Shown here in pieces: positions 1 through 27,200 of a stretch of 64,000 nucleotides of DNA; within the stretch, counting starts at the first letter, position 1; each line of letters starts with the position of its first letter. Below the pieces are notes generated by a model. The model did no database searches, was not told the DNA's origin, and saw nothing but the letters and a program-made list of their open reading frames with translations. Source of the stretch: Macrostomum lignano (Eukaryota); NCBI GenBank assembly GCA_002269645.1, contig NIVC01001009.1, positions 1 to 64,000 on the forward strand. The letters are read 5' to 3'. The position numbers and the translations under genes are program-made.

Positions 1-2
1 AC

Positions 3-242
3 GAATTAACAGCCGATAATCATTGGCGCGAGGCGCTGCTAGCGCGCTGCCTGGCCGCCTGGCGCCGTCTGCCAGAGGCGCGCAAAGCTGAAGAAGCCAA
101 ACGTCAGAGGCTAGACCAGCTGAGATATCGGGTCAGAGATTTGCTGCCCGACTTTGAGTTGGGCTCGGCTGCTGCCTCCTTAGCGTCATTGGAAACCACC
201 GGCACACCTGTTGCTAAGCCGGACAGTAGCGGCGACTTTTGA
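3..242 (+). CDS. 3' end of CCDC191-like (SFI1-repeat-like) protein; gene starts upstream of the window
   Basis: Frame 3 open from base 3 to TGA 240-242: ELTADNHWREALLARCLAAWRRLPEARKAEEAKRQRLDQLRYRVRDLLPDF. This resembles the recalled CCDC191 C-terminus (HY..LL..F.AW...P....E.RR.QLR.KV.E.LPDF). Recalled similarity, not a search result. Confidence 0.55.
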   Translation, partial: ELTADNHWREALLARCLAAWRRLPEARKAEEAKRQRLDQLRYRVRDLLPDFELGSAAASLASLETTGTPVAKPDSSGDF

Positions 243-1633
243 CTTTTGAGTTAACTGTTGAGTCACCTGAGCTGCAGAATTGTAAGAGTCGCGAAAGAGT
301 CTCACAAGAGTCGTGTTAGCGTTGAACTTTCTACTAACTCAAGTAGACTAAATGAAATATAGTTGTTATATAAATTAGAAAGGCCCTTTATACGCAACTC
401 GCTACAGTGACTCCAGCACGCCTCAGATGCAACTCCGCGTCCCCGGAGTTGTACGTTGCACCGAGTCCTCTTAAGTCAATTATTTCCTATTTTACCTGTG
501 TTACCTGAAGCGACTCTGCGGGCTAGAGATGATGCCTCCATTAAGCTGCATACTAACCGCTGCCAAATCAGCTTAACTTGCACAATTATCAGTCTGGGGC
601 TTGGCACTTATGTAGAATAATTTTGTTTATGTTATACTGTATATTTAAATTGTATTTCTAAGAATCACAATTTTATCCTCGGATTATATCGCTTCTCATG
701 AAATCATTCCAAAAGTTCAACATTCCAAACTGATTTAAAACAGCCGTCCCTTTAAACAAAAATTATTGCATTTTAAATCAATCAACTGACGTTTTTATAT
801 CGCTAAGTTCTGCGTGTACTTTATGAATTATTTAGATATTGATTATGTTCGTGCATATACGTGTTTTATTATATCGATTTTAATATAGTGGAGTTTATAA
901 ATTAGCAGGCGGGCGTTACGTATACAAGGAGTGATTTGAATTATAAAATATTCTCTTCAGCTAGTAATGTGGAGTTTAATTTCCACTCTTTCGAGGTGTT
1001 TTCCTGTTTGAAACGGAAGCCCCATTGTTAGTAACGGGTTTTTTCAAGCCTTCAATCGGAAGCGTCATCGGAAGCGTCAATCCGATTTTTAAAAACACGC
1101 ACTAATGTGGAAACTCGTGATTTTGTTGCTGGGCATTCATCTATTGTGCCGTCGTGTTTTTTTATTCTACTGTTTGACTAGCTTCGGATTTTCACTTGAA
1201 GTTTGGCTGTAAATACAGGTCTTTTTTATCTACAGTGAGAACCGTCCATATTTATTTTGCTGTTCTTAGAAACCATAAAGCTTGGTTACGACTTCTATTT
1301 TGTACGCTTCAACGCGTATAGCCTTATATAATTTTAAGACTTTTTGTGTTTAATTTTTAATTTTGTTAACAAAAATTTGAAAATCAGGAATCAGTTTTGT
1401 CATTGAAAATGGCAATAAAATGACTCGAAAACTGCGTTGCCTTCAGTTAAAGCAATTGTTTTGTGCTGTTAAAAGTACATTTATTAAGAAAAAGCACTAC
1501 TTTTGTTTTATTTGTTATTTGATTCTTTGAATTTCGGCATTTTCTGGCCTATTTGCAATCTGACCTTCCATCTCTTCATAAACCATTATTCATGTACTTA
1601 TTCTCCGGGATTGTAGAAATCCCTTTATAGAAA

Positions 1634-1990
1634 TCTAGTACTTCCTTTCCTGGCATCTAGCGCTCCCTTTTCAGGCATCTACATGTAGTACTCCCTGTCT
1701 AGGAATCTAGCACTCCCTTTCTAGGAATCTAGCACTCCCTTTCTAGGAATCTAGCACTCCCTTTCTAGGAATCTAGTAATTCCTTTCCTGGCATCTAGCG
1801 CGCTCTCTTTTCAGACATCTACATGTAGCACTCCCTTTCTAGGAATCTAGCACTCCCTTTCTAGGAATCTAGCACTCCCTTTCTAGGAATCTAGCACTCC
1901 CTTTCTTAAAAAAAATCTAGCACTCTAGGGATCTAGTAGTCCCTTTCCTTTCATCTAGCACTACCTTTCTAGGAATCTAGCACCCCCTTT
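1634..1990. repeat. Degenerate 22-bp minisatellite (CTAGCACTCCCTTTCTAGGAAT)
   Basis: Directly visible tandem copies between two convergent gene ends. Confidence 0.9.
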
Positions 1991-2188
1991 TCAGGGTTCT
2001 GCAAATATGTTCTGTTTTTCCAATACCCACTTATTAGTACAAGCACGTCGTACAGCGTTCAATATTTGAAAAAATCACCTGTTCCGGTAATTTGATCGCA
2101 AAGGCAAAAATATTAATAATATTCCTAATTAGACAATCAAGACTTAAAATCAAAGTTTTAAGACTTTATTCCAATAAGTCTTTGTCCA

Positions 2189-2908
2189 TCACTCGAGCGC
2201 GCTGACAGCCAGGCCAAACTGGGCCGCATAGTAGGTGAGCATGATCAGGAAGGTGCCGCCCTCCCGTCCAGCTGACAGCTCCTTAGCTAGCAGTAGGATA
2301 TCGCTGGCAATGAAAGCGATGGCTCCAATTAATCCAAAGATTGCCGCGTAGCTCTTGGCCTGCTGTACGTGCCAAAACCGATTGTAGGCCTTTGACATGA
2401 CGTAAAATAGAAACACTAGGTAGCCTTTAGCCATGGCGCCCAAGATGAAGCTGTGCCCAGAGCCGAGCATCAGCAGCACTGGCACGCTTAGCAGTACCAG
2501 TACACTGCTTAACGGACTGTCGCCTCCGGTCTTGCCTTCGGACTGTTGAAAAGCTCGCTTGTATTGCACATGAGCCGCTATGAAGCTGGCCGCTCCCAGT
2601 ATGGCGCACAAGTCGCTCTTTACATTCACCAGCAGAGCGTCGCCCAGAGCCGACCAGAGCAGAGCCTTGCGAATTCGTTCGGCGTACTTCGTACTGCCAG
2701 TCTGCTGGAGTCGCTTAGTCAAAATGAATACCAGAGTGAAGATTGGCAACACCTTGACGAATATCTCCTCAGCCAGAGCCACTCTGCAATGTAGCCTTGC
2801 TTCTGGCTCACTAGTAGACTTGGTCAAATAGTTGAGAAAGTACAGACCGACCGGATAGCTGTACAGTTGCAGGGCGGCATGATAGGGTATCGGAAGCTGT
2901 GGCAGCAT
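2189..2908 (-). CDS. TMEM86: YhhN-family lysoplasmalogenase (TMEM86A/B-like), single exon
   Basis: Multi-TM protein with YhhN motifs VKVLP, SALGDALL, F..AHVQY..AF, GAIAFIASDILL and IMLTYYAAQ.GLA.SA. First ATG at 2908; frame open back to GTG 3001. Confidence 0.85.
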   Translation of the reverse strand: MLPQLPIPYHAALQLYSYPVGLYFLNYLTKSTSEPEARLHCRVALAEEIFVKVLPIFTLVFILTKRLQQTGSTKYAERIRKALLWSALGDALLVNVKSDLCAILGAASFIAAHVQYKRAFQQSEGKTGGDSPLSSVLVLLSVPVLLMLGSGHSFILGAMAKGYLVFLFYVMSKAYNRFWHVQQAKSYAAIFGLIGAIAFIASDILLLAKELSAGREGGTFLIMLTYYAAQFGLAVSALE

Positions 2909-3652
2909 CTTGTCCTCGATATGTAACAAAAGTATCAGCTTTGGAATCTCGCACCGCGCGAGACGTGACTTCTTCTTTGATCGGGTGTTTGTAAGCGTCA
3001 CGAGAAAAGCGAACGGAATGCTGTGTCTTTTAAGACTTTGGCGAGCCTTTTCCCTATCTGGCTTGGTGCATTCGTGAGAAGGGCTTCTATTCCAAGAGAG
3101 ATAAGAAATAATCTTGGGCTAAGCCTAGCTCACGGTCTGCAATCTGCAGCGGGGTAAGGTATTGTATATAGGTGCCCTTGAAACTCGTAAGCGAGCAAAT
3201 GAGCGAATATGATACATTGCCAAGTCTGTCTGTGCCTGAGTGATTTGGCTCTAGATCAACCCTCAGGGGGCTACTAAGTATAAGTCATATGCGCCAGAGT
3301 TACGATGCAATGGGCCTTGCAGATAAAAGTCCAAGACACTGTCCGAATGGCAACTTTACTTACCTACATGTAGAAACCCTGTTGGAAGATAGGCTGAGTG
3401 CTGTCTTAGTTTTTGTTTTTTCCTGCTATCTTTCTAAGCAGGAGATTCCTTATAGAAAAATATATATATTAAAATTTTTAATCAAACTGAAACTTTTGTA
3501 GTTTTCAAAATTTTCAACTGCAGTCAAAATCAGAAAATTTTTGACCACCTTTCGAAGGCTTCATTTTAAAGTGCCCGAAATCACCTCTTAGAAATCGCAT
3601 ATACATCTATATGAATCTACATGAAGGTTTTTGCCGACAGTCTTGCTTAGAA

Positions 3653-6600
3653 GATGCAGTCATCAAGTCTAATTGGCCTGACACTCAAAGCTGCAGTCTA
3701 ATAGATGCAGTCATCAAGTCTAATTGGCCTGACACTCAAAGCTGCAGTCTAATAGATGCAATCATCAAGTCTAATTGGCCTGACACTCAAAGCTGCAGTC
3801 TAATAGATGCAGTCATCAAGTCTAATTGGCCTGACACTCAAAGCTGCAGTCTAATAGATGCAGTCATCAAGTCTAATTGGCCTGACACTCAAAGCTGCAG
3901 TCTAATAGATGCAATCATCAAGTCTAATTGGCCTGACACTCAAAGCTGCAGTCTAATAGATGCAGTCATCAAGTCTAATTGGCCTGACACTCAAAGCTGC
4001 AGTCTAATAGATGCAGTCATCAAGTCTAATTGGCCTGACACTCAAAGCTGCAGTCTAATAGATGCAATCATCAAGTCTAATTGGCCTGACACTCAAAGCT
4101 GCAGTCTAATAGATGCAATCATCAAGTCTAATTGGCCGACACTCAAAGCTGCAGTCTAATAGATGCAATCATCAAGTCTAATTGGCCTGACACTCAAATC
4201 TGCAGTCTAAAGATGCAATCATCAAGTCTAACTGGCCTGACACTCAAAGCTGCAGTCTAATAGATGCAATCATCAAGTCTAATTGGCCTGACACTCAAAG
4301 CTGCAGTCTAATAGATGCAATCATCAAGTCTAACAGGCCTGACACTCAAAGCTGCAGTCTAATAGATGCAAGCATCAAGTCTAATTGGCCTGACACTCAA
4401 AGCTGCAGTCTAAAAGATGCAATCATCAAGTCTAACTGGCCTGACACTCAAAGCTGCAGTCTAATAGATGCAATCATCAAGTCTAATTGGCCTGACACTC
4501 AAAGCTGCAGTCTAATAGATGCAATCATCAAGTCTAACAGGCCTGACACTCAAAGCTGCAGTCTAATAGATGCAAGCATCAAGTCTAACTGGCCTGACAC
4601 TCAAAGCTGCAGTCTAAAGATGCAGTCATCAAGTCTAACTGGCTGACACTCAAAGCTGCAGTCTAATAGATGCAATCATCAAGTCTAACAGGCCTGACAC
4701 TCAAAGCTGCAGTCTAATAGATGCAATCATCAAGTCTAACTGGCCTGACACTCAAAGCTGCAGTCTAATAGATGCAATCATCAAGTCTAATTGGCCTGAC
4801 ACTCAAAGCTGCAGTCTAATAGATGCAATTATCAAGTCTAACAGGCCTGACACTCAAAGCTGCAGTCTAAAGATGCAATCATCAAGTCAACTAGTCTGAA
4901 CTCAAATCTGCAGTCTAATAGATGCAATCATCAAGTCTAATAGGCCTGACACTCAAAGCTGCAGTCTAATAGATGCAATCATCAAGTCTAACAGGCCTGA
5001 CACTCAAAGCTGCAGTCTAATAGATGCAGTCATCAAGTCTAACTGGCCTGACACTCAAAGCTGCAGTCTAATAGATGCAATCATCAAGTCTAACAGGCCT
5101 GACACTCAAAGCTGCAGTCTAATAGATGCAATCATCAAGTCTAATTGGCCTGACACTCAAAGCTGCAGTCTAATAGATGCAATCATCAAGTCTAACGGCT
5201 GACACTCAAAGCTGCAGTCTAATAGATGCAATTATCAAGTCTAACAGGCCTGACACTCAAAGCTGCAGTCTAATAGATGCAATCATCAAGTCTAACTAGT
5301 CTGAACTCAAATCTGCAGTCTAATAGATGCAATCATCAAGTCTAATTGGCCTGACACTCAAAGCTGCAGTCTAATAGATGCAATCATCAAGTCTAATTGG
5401 CCTGACACTCAAAGCTGCAGTCTAATAGATGCAATCATCAAGTCTAATTGGCCTGACACTCAAATCTGCAGTCTAAAAGATGCAATCATCAAGTCTAACT
5501 GGCCTGACACTCAAAGCTGCAGTCTAATAGATGCAATCATCAAGTCTAATTGGCCTGACACTCAAAGCTGCAGTCTAATAGATGCAATCATCAAGTCTAA
5601 TGGCCTGACACTCAAAGCTGCAGTCTAATAGATGCAAGCATCAAGTCTAATTGGCCTGACACTCAAAGCTGCAGTCTAAAGATGCAATCATCAAGTCTAA
5701 CTGGCCTGACACTCAAAGCTGCAGTCTAATAGATGCAATCATCAAGTCTAATTGGCCTGACACTCAAAGCTGCAGTCTAATAGATGCAATTATCAAGTCT
5801 AACAGGCCTGACACTCAAAGCTGCAGTCTAATAGATGCAATCATCAAGTCTAACTGGCCTGACACTCAAAGCTGCAGTCTAAAGATGCAGTCATCAAGTC
5901 TAACTGGCTGACACTCAAAGCTGCAGTCTAATAGATGCAATCATCAAGTCTAACAGGCCTGACACTCAAAGCTGCAGTCTAATAGATGCAATCATCAAGT
6001 CTAACTGGCCTGACACTCAAAGCTGCAGTCTAATAGATGCAATCATCAAGTCTAACTGGCCTGACACTCAAAGCTGCAGTCTAATAGATGCAATCATCAA
6101 GTCTAACAGGCCTGACACTCAAAGCTGCAGTCTAATAGATGCAATCATCAAGTCTAACAGGCCTGACACTCAAAGCTGCAGTCTAATAGATGCAATCATC
6201 AAGTCTAACTAGCCTGACACTCAAATCTGCAGTCTAATAGATGCAATCATCAAGTCTAACTGGCCGACACTCAAAGCTGCAGTCTAATAGATGCAGTCAT
6301 CAAGTCTAACTGGCCTGACACTCAAAGCTGCAGTCTAATAGATGCAGTCATCAAGTCTAATTGGCCTGACACTCAAAGCTGCAGTCTAATAGATGCAATC
6401 ATCAAGTCTAATTGGCCTGACACTCAAAGCTGCAGTCTAATAGATGCAGTCATCAAGTCTAATTGGCCTGACACTCAAAGCTGCAGTCTAATAGATGCAA
6501 TCATCAAGTCTAATTGGCCTGACACTCAAAGCTGCAGTCTAATAGATGCAGTCATCAAGTCTAATTGGCCTGACACTCAAAGCTGCAGTCTAATAGATGC

Positions 6601-9524
6601 AGTCATCAAGTCTAATTGGCCTGACACTCAAAGCTGCAGTCTAATAGATGCAATCATCAAGTCTAATTGGCCTGACACTCAAAGCTGCAGTCTAATAGAT
6701 GCAGTCATCAAGTCTAATTGGCCTGACACTCAAAGCTGCAGTCTAATAGATGCAATCATCAAGTCTAATTGGCCTGACACTCAAAGCTGCAGTCTAATAG
6801 ATGCAATCATCAAGTCTAATTGGCCTGACACTCAAAGCTGCAGTCTAATAGATGCAATCATCAAGTCTAATTGGCCTGACACTCAAAGCTGCAGTCTAAT
6901 AGATGCAATCATCAAGTCTAATTGGCCTGACACTCAAATCTGCAGTCTAAAAGATGCAATCATCAAGTCTAACTGGCCTGACACTCAAAGCTGCAGTCTA
7001 ATAGATGCAATCATCAAGTCTAATATGCCTGACACTCAAAGCTGCAGTCTAATAGATGCAATCATCAAGTCTAACAGGCCTGACACTCAAAGCTGCAGTC
7101 TAATAGATGCAAGCATCAAGTCTAATGGCCTGACACTCAAAGCTGCAGTCTAAAGATGCAATCATCAAGTCTAACTGGCCTGACACTCAAAGCTGCAGTC
7201 TAATAGATGCAATCATCAAGTCTAATTGGCCTGACACTCAAAGCTGCAGTCTAATAGATGCAATCATCAAGTCTAACAGGCCTGACACTCAAAGCTGCAG
7301 TCTAATAGATGCAATCATCAAGTCTAACTGGCCTGACACTCAAAGCTGCAGTCTAATAGATGCAATCATCAAGTCTAACTGGCTGACACTCAAAGCTGCA
7401 GTCTAATAGATGCAATCATCAAGTCTAACAGGCCTGACACTCAAAGCTGCAGTCTAATAGATGCAATCATCAAGTCTAACTGGCCTGACACTCAAAGCTG
7501 CAGTCTAATAGATGCAATCATCAAGTCTAACTGGCCTGACACTCAAAGCTGCAGTCTAATAGATGCAATCATCAAGTCTAACAGGCCTGACACTCAAAGC
7601 TGCAGTCTAATAGATGCAATCATCAAGTCTAACTCCTGACACTCAAATCTGCAGTCTAATAGATGCAATCATCAAGTCTAATAGGCCTGACACTCAAAGC
7701 TGCAGTCTAATAGATGCAATCATCAAGTCTAACAGGCCTGACACTCAAATCTGCAGTCTAATAGATGCAGTCATCAAGTCTAACTGGCCTGACACTCAAA
7801 GCTGCAGTCTAATAGATGCAAGCATCAAGTCTAACAGGCCTGACACTCAAAGCTGCAGTCTAATAGATGCAATCATCAAGTCTAATTGGCCTGACACTCA
7901 AAGCTGCAGTCTAATAGATGCAATCATCAAGTCTAACTAGCCTGACACTCAAATGCAGTCTAATAGATGCAATCATCAAGTCTAACTGGCCTGACACTCA
8001 AAGCTGCAGTCTAATAGATGCAGTCATCAAGTCTAACTGGCCGACACTCAAAGCTGCAGTCTAATAGATGCAGTCATCAAGTCTAATTGGCCTGACACTC
8101 AAAGCTGCAGTCTAATAGATGCAGTCATCAAGTCTAATTGGCCTGACACTCAAAGCTGCAGTCTAATAGATGCAATCATCAAGTCTAATTGGCCTGACAC
8201 TCAAAGCTGCAGTCTAATAGATGCAGTCATCAAGTCTAATTGGCCTGACACTCAAAGCTGCAGTCTAATAGATGCAGTCATCAAGTCTAATTGGCCTGAC
8301 ACTCAAAGCTGCAGTCTAATAGATGCAATCATCAAGTCTAATTGGCCTGACACTCAAAGCTGCAGTCTAATAGATGCAGTCATCAAGTCTAATTGGCCTG
8401 ACACTCAAAGCTGCAGTCTAATAGATGCAGTCATCAAGTCTAATTGGCCTGACACTCAAAGCTGCAGTCTAATAGATGCAATCATCAAGTCTAATTGGCC
8501 TGACACTCAAAGCTGCAGTCTAATAGATGCAAGCATCAAGTCTAACTGGCCTGACACTCAAAGCTGCAGTCTAAAAGATGCAGTCATCAAGTCTAACTGG
8601 CTGGACACTCAAAGCTGCAGTCTAATAGATGCAATCATCAAGTCTAACAGGCCTGACACTCAAAGCTGCAGTCTAATAGATGCAATCATCAAGTCTAACT
8701 GGCCAGACACTCAAAGCTGCAGTCTAATAGATGCAATCATCAAGTCTAACTGGCCTGACACTCAAAGCTGCAGTCTAATAGATGCAATCATCAAGTCTAA
8801 CAGGCCTGACACTCAAAGCTGCAGTCTAATAGATGCAATCATCAAGTCTAACTAGTCTGAACTCAAAGCTGCAGTCTAATAGATGCAATCATCAAGTCTA
8901 ACTGGCCGGACACTCAAAGCTGCAGTCTAAAAGATGCAATCATCAAGTCTAATTGGCCTGACACTCAAAGCTGCAGTCTAATAGATGCAATCATCAAGTC
9001 TAACTGGCCAGACACTCAAAGCTGCAGTCTAATAGATGCAATCATCAAGTCTAACTGGCCTGACACTCAAAGCTGCAGTCTAATAGATGCAATCATCAAG
9101 TCTAACAGGCCTGACACTCAAAGCTGCAGTCTAATAGATGCAATCATCAAGTCCAACTAGTCTGAAACTCAAATCTGCAGTCTAATAGATGCAATCATCA
9201 AGTCTAACTGGCCGGACACTCAAAGCTGCAGTCTAAAAGATGCAATCATCAAGTCTAACTGGCCAGACACTCAAAGCTGCAGTCTAATAGATGCAAGCAT
9301 CAAGTCTAACAGGCCTGACACTCAAAGCTGCAGTCTAATAGATGCAATCATCAAGTCCAACTAGTCTGAAACTCAAATCTGCAGTCTAATAGATGCAATC
9401 ATCAAGTCTAATTGGCCGGACACTCAAAGCTGCAGTCTAAAAGATGCAGTCATCAAGTCTAACTGGCCGGACACTCAAAGCTGCAGTCTAATAGATGCAG
9501 TCATCAAGTCTAACTGGCCGGACA
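3653..9524. repeat. 51-bp satellite, about 115 copies (GATGCAATCATCAAGTCTAATTGGCCTGACACTCAAAGCTGCAGTCTAATA)
   Basis: Head-to-tail units with no spacers; explains the 17-aa periodic ORFs at 3611 and 7614. Confidence 0.97.
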
Positions 9525-9888
9525 CACAACAGTTTTTTCTAGCTGATCTCACACGACAAGAAGACACTACACTGCACTGTATGGCCACAATTGCGATAGC
9601 AAAGCAGGGATTGGCTGCAGAAAAGCTTGGCCAATCCCAATTACAGAGCTGCACTCAGCAGCATTCCAGCGTCCTAAATCTACTCTTAGGCTTTCCCTCT
9701 GCATGCTCCCTACAAGCAGAAAGCAAAGCACTGTTTGTCAGGACGGTGTCAAACGAAAAAAGTTAATAAGCTATCAATCCATAATCAAGTCAAAGGGACA
9801 AAAGTGAGCAGTTGCCTCCAGCAGAAAGGGTACGTCAATCCATACCTATTATTGGACAGAGCTGTTTTAGCAATCCAGCATCCACAAA

Positions 9889-22641
<12,753 letters not shown>

Positions 22642-23026
22642 AAATTGCTGAGAATCTACATTTGATTGCGTCACATACTGTCTGGTTTCCATGATACCAA
22701 TTTTTTAAACTAATTGATGTCAATATTTTCTACCAATTTACTGCTTACTAATTTCTCAAACTTTTCTTGAATCACAAACTTTCACAAATCACATTCTTTT
22801 ACTCATAACAATCATGTACTAGAGTAACTTGTTTGAAAAGCTTTGACGAAACAAATTGAATTTTCAAGGTAAAATATACTGTTTTTATCGAACTGCCTAC
22901 TTGCCAGTAGGCTGCAGAAAAAGGCGGTGTACTATTCTTTGTTTATTAAATTATGCTGAGGCAAGTTATTAAGAGTTAAAAATTGTTTCGTATCAATCTT
23001 AATCACATTTCATTTGTCTAACTAAC

Positions 23027-23378
<352 letters not shown>

Positions 23379-24234
23379 TATCACTACAGGCCAAACCAGC
23401 ACAGAGCAGCTGCTCTCTCCCAGCTCCAAGCTCTCTTGTGTTCAAGAGGCCACTGCTCAGATCGATTTCATTGAACAAAGTTTGGCCCGCGGTGCTTCTC
23501 AAACTCAAAGCGACTTGCCAAATAACTTACAGCTAAGGAGGGATCTCTCGCTCCCTCTCTCCCCTCGCTCTCTAGGCGCATGCAGAGCTGCAGAGAAACT
23601 CAGTCTAACTAAACCAAGCCCCTCTCGGTCCCCTTCGTGAACTCGCATGTCTCAGCCACCTTCTCGTGCGCTGCACTTGCCGCCTCACTCGCCTCTGAAA
23701 ATATGCATGGCGGCGGGGAGCGTTGGAAAAAAGTTCCGACTTCCAATTCCCCCCGTCGATTTCTTGATTTTCTGCCCTCACACGCCAGGGTCCGGAGCAG
23801 CAGGCGCATTCGATTCATATCTGAACGGCGGGCGACTCCTTGCGAAATTCGTGCTCAACCAGTTTACAGGCCTTTTTGCTTTCTTGCTTTCTGCGCTGCT
23901 GCTTACCGGTTATTTTTGTTTGTTGCCAGGCAAAAAATAATTGAGAGGGAGAGGAAGCCAGGGTAGAGAGGGGGAGCGGACATGAGCAACAGGAGTGGCT
24001 ATGAGAAGAGGCGTCGGTAGAATTTCTATTTTTTTGCCTAGCGACTCGCTCTGTGCGGCCCCGGACCAATGCCGAGTGCGCGCCAATCATTCTCCTTGCC
24101 GTCTTGGCACGCACAGACGCCTCTCCGCTTCTGCATAAGTCAACTGCTTCGAATCGACTGCTGTATTGCGATATGTAATATCAACAGTACTGCTCTAGAA
24201 AGCAAATTAGGGATTAATTAACTGCCGCGTTATA

Positions 24235-27200
24235 ATGAGCCCGAGGATCATCGCACTGCTGATGGCTACACTGCTGGCTTCGCCTGCTTGCGGTAAGTCT
24301 GCGAATTTCAGCTCCTGTCTGTCACTGTCTGTCCATCTCTGTCCCTGTCTGTCCATCTCTGTCCTGTCTGTCTGTCCCTGTCTGTCCATCTCTGTTCATA
24401 GCTGTCTGTCTGTCCCTGTCTATCCATATCTGTTCATAGCTGTCTGTCTGTCCCTGTCTATCCATCTCTGTTCATAGCTGTCTGTCTGTCCCTGTCTATC
24501 CATCTCTGTTCATAGCTGTCTGTCTGTCCCTGTCTGTCCATCTCTGTCCTGTCTGTCTGTCCCTGTCTGTCCATCTCTGTCCTGTCTGTCTGTCCCTGTC
24601 TGTCCATATCTGTCCATAGCTGTCTGTCCATCCCTATCTCTTCATCTCTGTTCATAGCTGTCTGTCTGTCCCTGTCTGTCCATCTCTGTCCATAGCTGTC
24701 TGTCTGTCCCTGTCTGTCCATCTCTGTTCATAGCTGTCTGTCCATCTCTGTCTCTACCTGTCTTTCTATAGCTGTCTGCCCATATTTGTCTGTACCTCTC
24801 TGCCCCTAGCTGCCAATCACTCTTTGGTAGACGGGTATGCATGCTATGTATCTACCAATCGCCTCTGAATAAGTATGAAGTATCTACTTTACCAATAGCA
24901 TCTGGTGTCTATCCATATCCCATTAACTTTGCATCAGAATGACAAAGTTCAGCGTTCTGCAAGCCAAATTCATATTGAGAATACTTGGTGCCTGGCTTAA
25001 ATATTCTGGTTAGAATATTATTCATTTGCATTAGAAAGGGCAGGAAATTAAAGTCTGAAAGTTACTGTAATCAGAGACAAGAGCCTATATTTAATTTAAC
25101 AACTCTGTTGGATTATTAATTAGACTCAAAAGTGCTATTGCACTGCTCCTTTAAATAATTTAAATCAGTAGAAAATATTCTTAGTTCATTGTCATCGATC
25201 ATGATAATGAGCAGCGCATTTTTACTGCCTGTGCTTCCAAAAATTACGAGTACCTATGAGCAGTTAAATTGTTCTCATTCGTGCCGTCTCTATGGCAACC
25301 ACGCATTCCCCTTTTCCCCCGAAAGCCTGAAGTTTCCGACTGTGACCACGCAGCACAATTCTTGAGAGGCAAAGGTGCGCCATTAAGGTTGGGACAGCGC
25401 CATCATGCTGATTTTTCACAGTCCTCTCGAAATCCTCTCAATCAGGGACACCTGAAACTAAGATCTGGAGTGGTAAACCAGGGACACCTAAATCGAAGAG
25501 GTTCAACTCCAGATTTGAGCTAAGATGTCCTTGGCTCAATGCTCAAACTGACACACTTGGTAGGCTCACTGTCAATGATGATGGGGCATCGATCTCTGCC
25601 GATCTTGAGCTTTTTTGGCTTCCTCACCCAAAGGTAGGTCGAGTTCAGTGCGACTCGAGCTAAAAGTGCTCTTGAGTACTGGTAGCCCGATCCTTGAGCA
25701 CACAATCATCCATTGAGAAGTGGGGGCAAATGTATAGCTGAGGTTTGCTCAACCCAGCCGATGCAAGGGCTTGTGCGCATGTTCTGGGACACGAATCGAT
25801 AGACAAAGTCCATATTTATGCCGTGTAAATTTTACTTAGTCTGACTGAAATTTAACTGGCGCAATGGATTCCATTTCTCTGCATTGAGAAATGTTCTCGT
25901 GGGAAATTTTATCCAAAGCACGATGGTGCTTCACTATTTCGGTTAAATTTTATGCTATGAAAGTTTGCCTGTCCACTTTGAATGTAAGGTCTACTTTTTT
26001 AGTAGGCAACAGTAAACAGTATCATTCTTTAAATTCACAGTGAACTTCTCAAATCCCTTTGTCAAATCTCAAAGCTTCTGCTGTCTAAAACTGTCAAATC
26101 TCAAAGCTTCTGCTGTCTAAAACTGTCAAATCTCAAAGCTTCTGCTGTCTAAAACTGTCAAATCTCAAAGCTTCTGCTGTCTAAAACTGTCGAATCTCAA
26201 AGCTTCTACTGTCTAAAACCTGTCTAATCTCAAAGCTTCTACTGTCTAAAACCTGTCTAATCTCAAAGCTTCTACTGTCTAAAACTGTCTAATCTCAAAG
26301 CTTTCTGCTGTCTAAAACCTGTCTAATCTCAAAGCTTCTACTGTCTAAAACCTGTCTAATCTCAAAGCTTCTACTGTCTAAAACCTGTCTAATCTCAAAG
26401 CTTCTACTGTCTAAAACCTGTCTAATCTCAAAGCTTCTACTGTCTAAAACCTGTCTAATCTCAAAGCTTCTACTGTCTAAAAACTGTCAAATCCCTAAAG
26501 TTTACTGTTATACCTTAAAATCTACTGTCTAATAATTAAACTTCATTGTCTAATCCTTAAACTCAACTGTCTAATCCTTAAACTCCACTGTCTAATCCTT
26601 AAACTTCATTGTCTAATCCTTAAACTCAACTGTCTAATCCTTAAACTCCACTGTCTAATCCTTAAACTCCATTGTCTAATCCTTAAACTCCATTGTATAA
26701 TAATTAAACTCCACTGTCTAATCCTTAAACTCCATTGTCTAATCCTTAAACTCCACTGTCTAATCCTTAAACTCCATTGTATAATAATTAAACTCCACTG
26801 TCTAATCCTTAAACTCCACTGTCTAATCCTTAAACTCCACTGTCTAATCCTTAAACTCCATTGTCTAATCCTTAAACTCCATTGTATAATAATTAAACTC
26901 CACTGTCTAATCCTTAAACTCCACTGTCTAATCCTTAAACTCCATTGTATAATAATTAAACTCCACTGTCGAATCCTTAAACTCCATTGTCTAATCCTTA
27001 AACTAATAGACTAAGTAAACAAAGTAAAGCATTGACGATGACAGTTAGAGACAGGTACATTAATCAGAAATATAACATTTTTATCAGCTTTCTATTAAAC
27101 GTTTATTTTTAGAGAAGCGGGCCGTTGCTGATGAAATCGACAAGCAATTAAGATAACTGTTGCATTCAGAAGAACAAAATATTAAAAAATTTTAATCACC

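Noticed and set aside
3653-9524. CRISPR-like appearance of the 51-, 46-, 40- and 83-bp arrays
   Set aside because: Units are contiguous with no unique spacers, there are no cas genes, and the context is eukaryotic.
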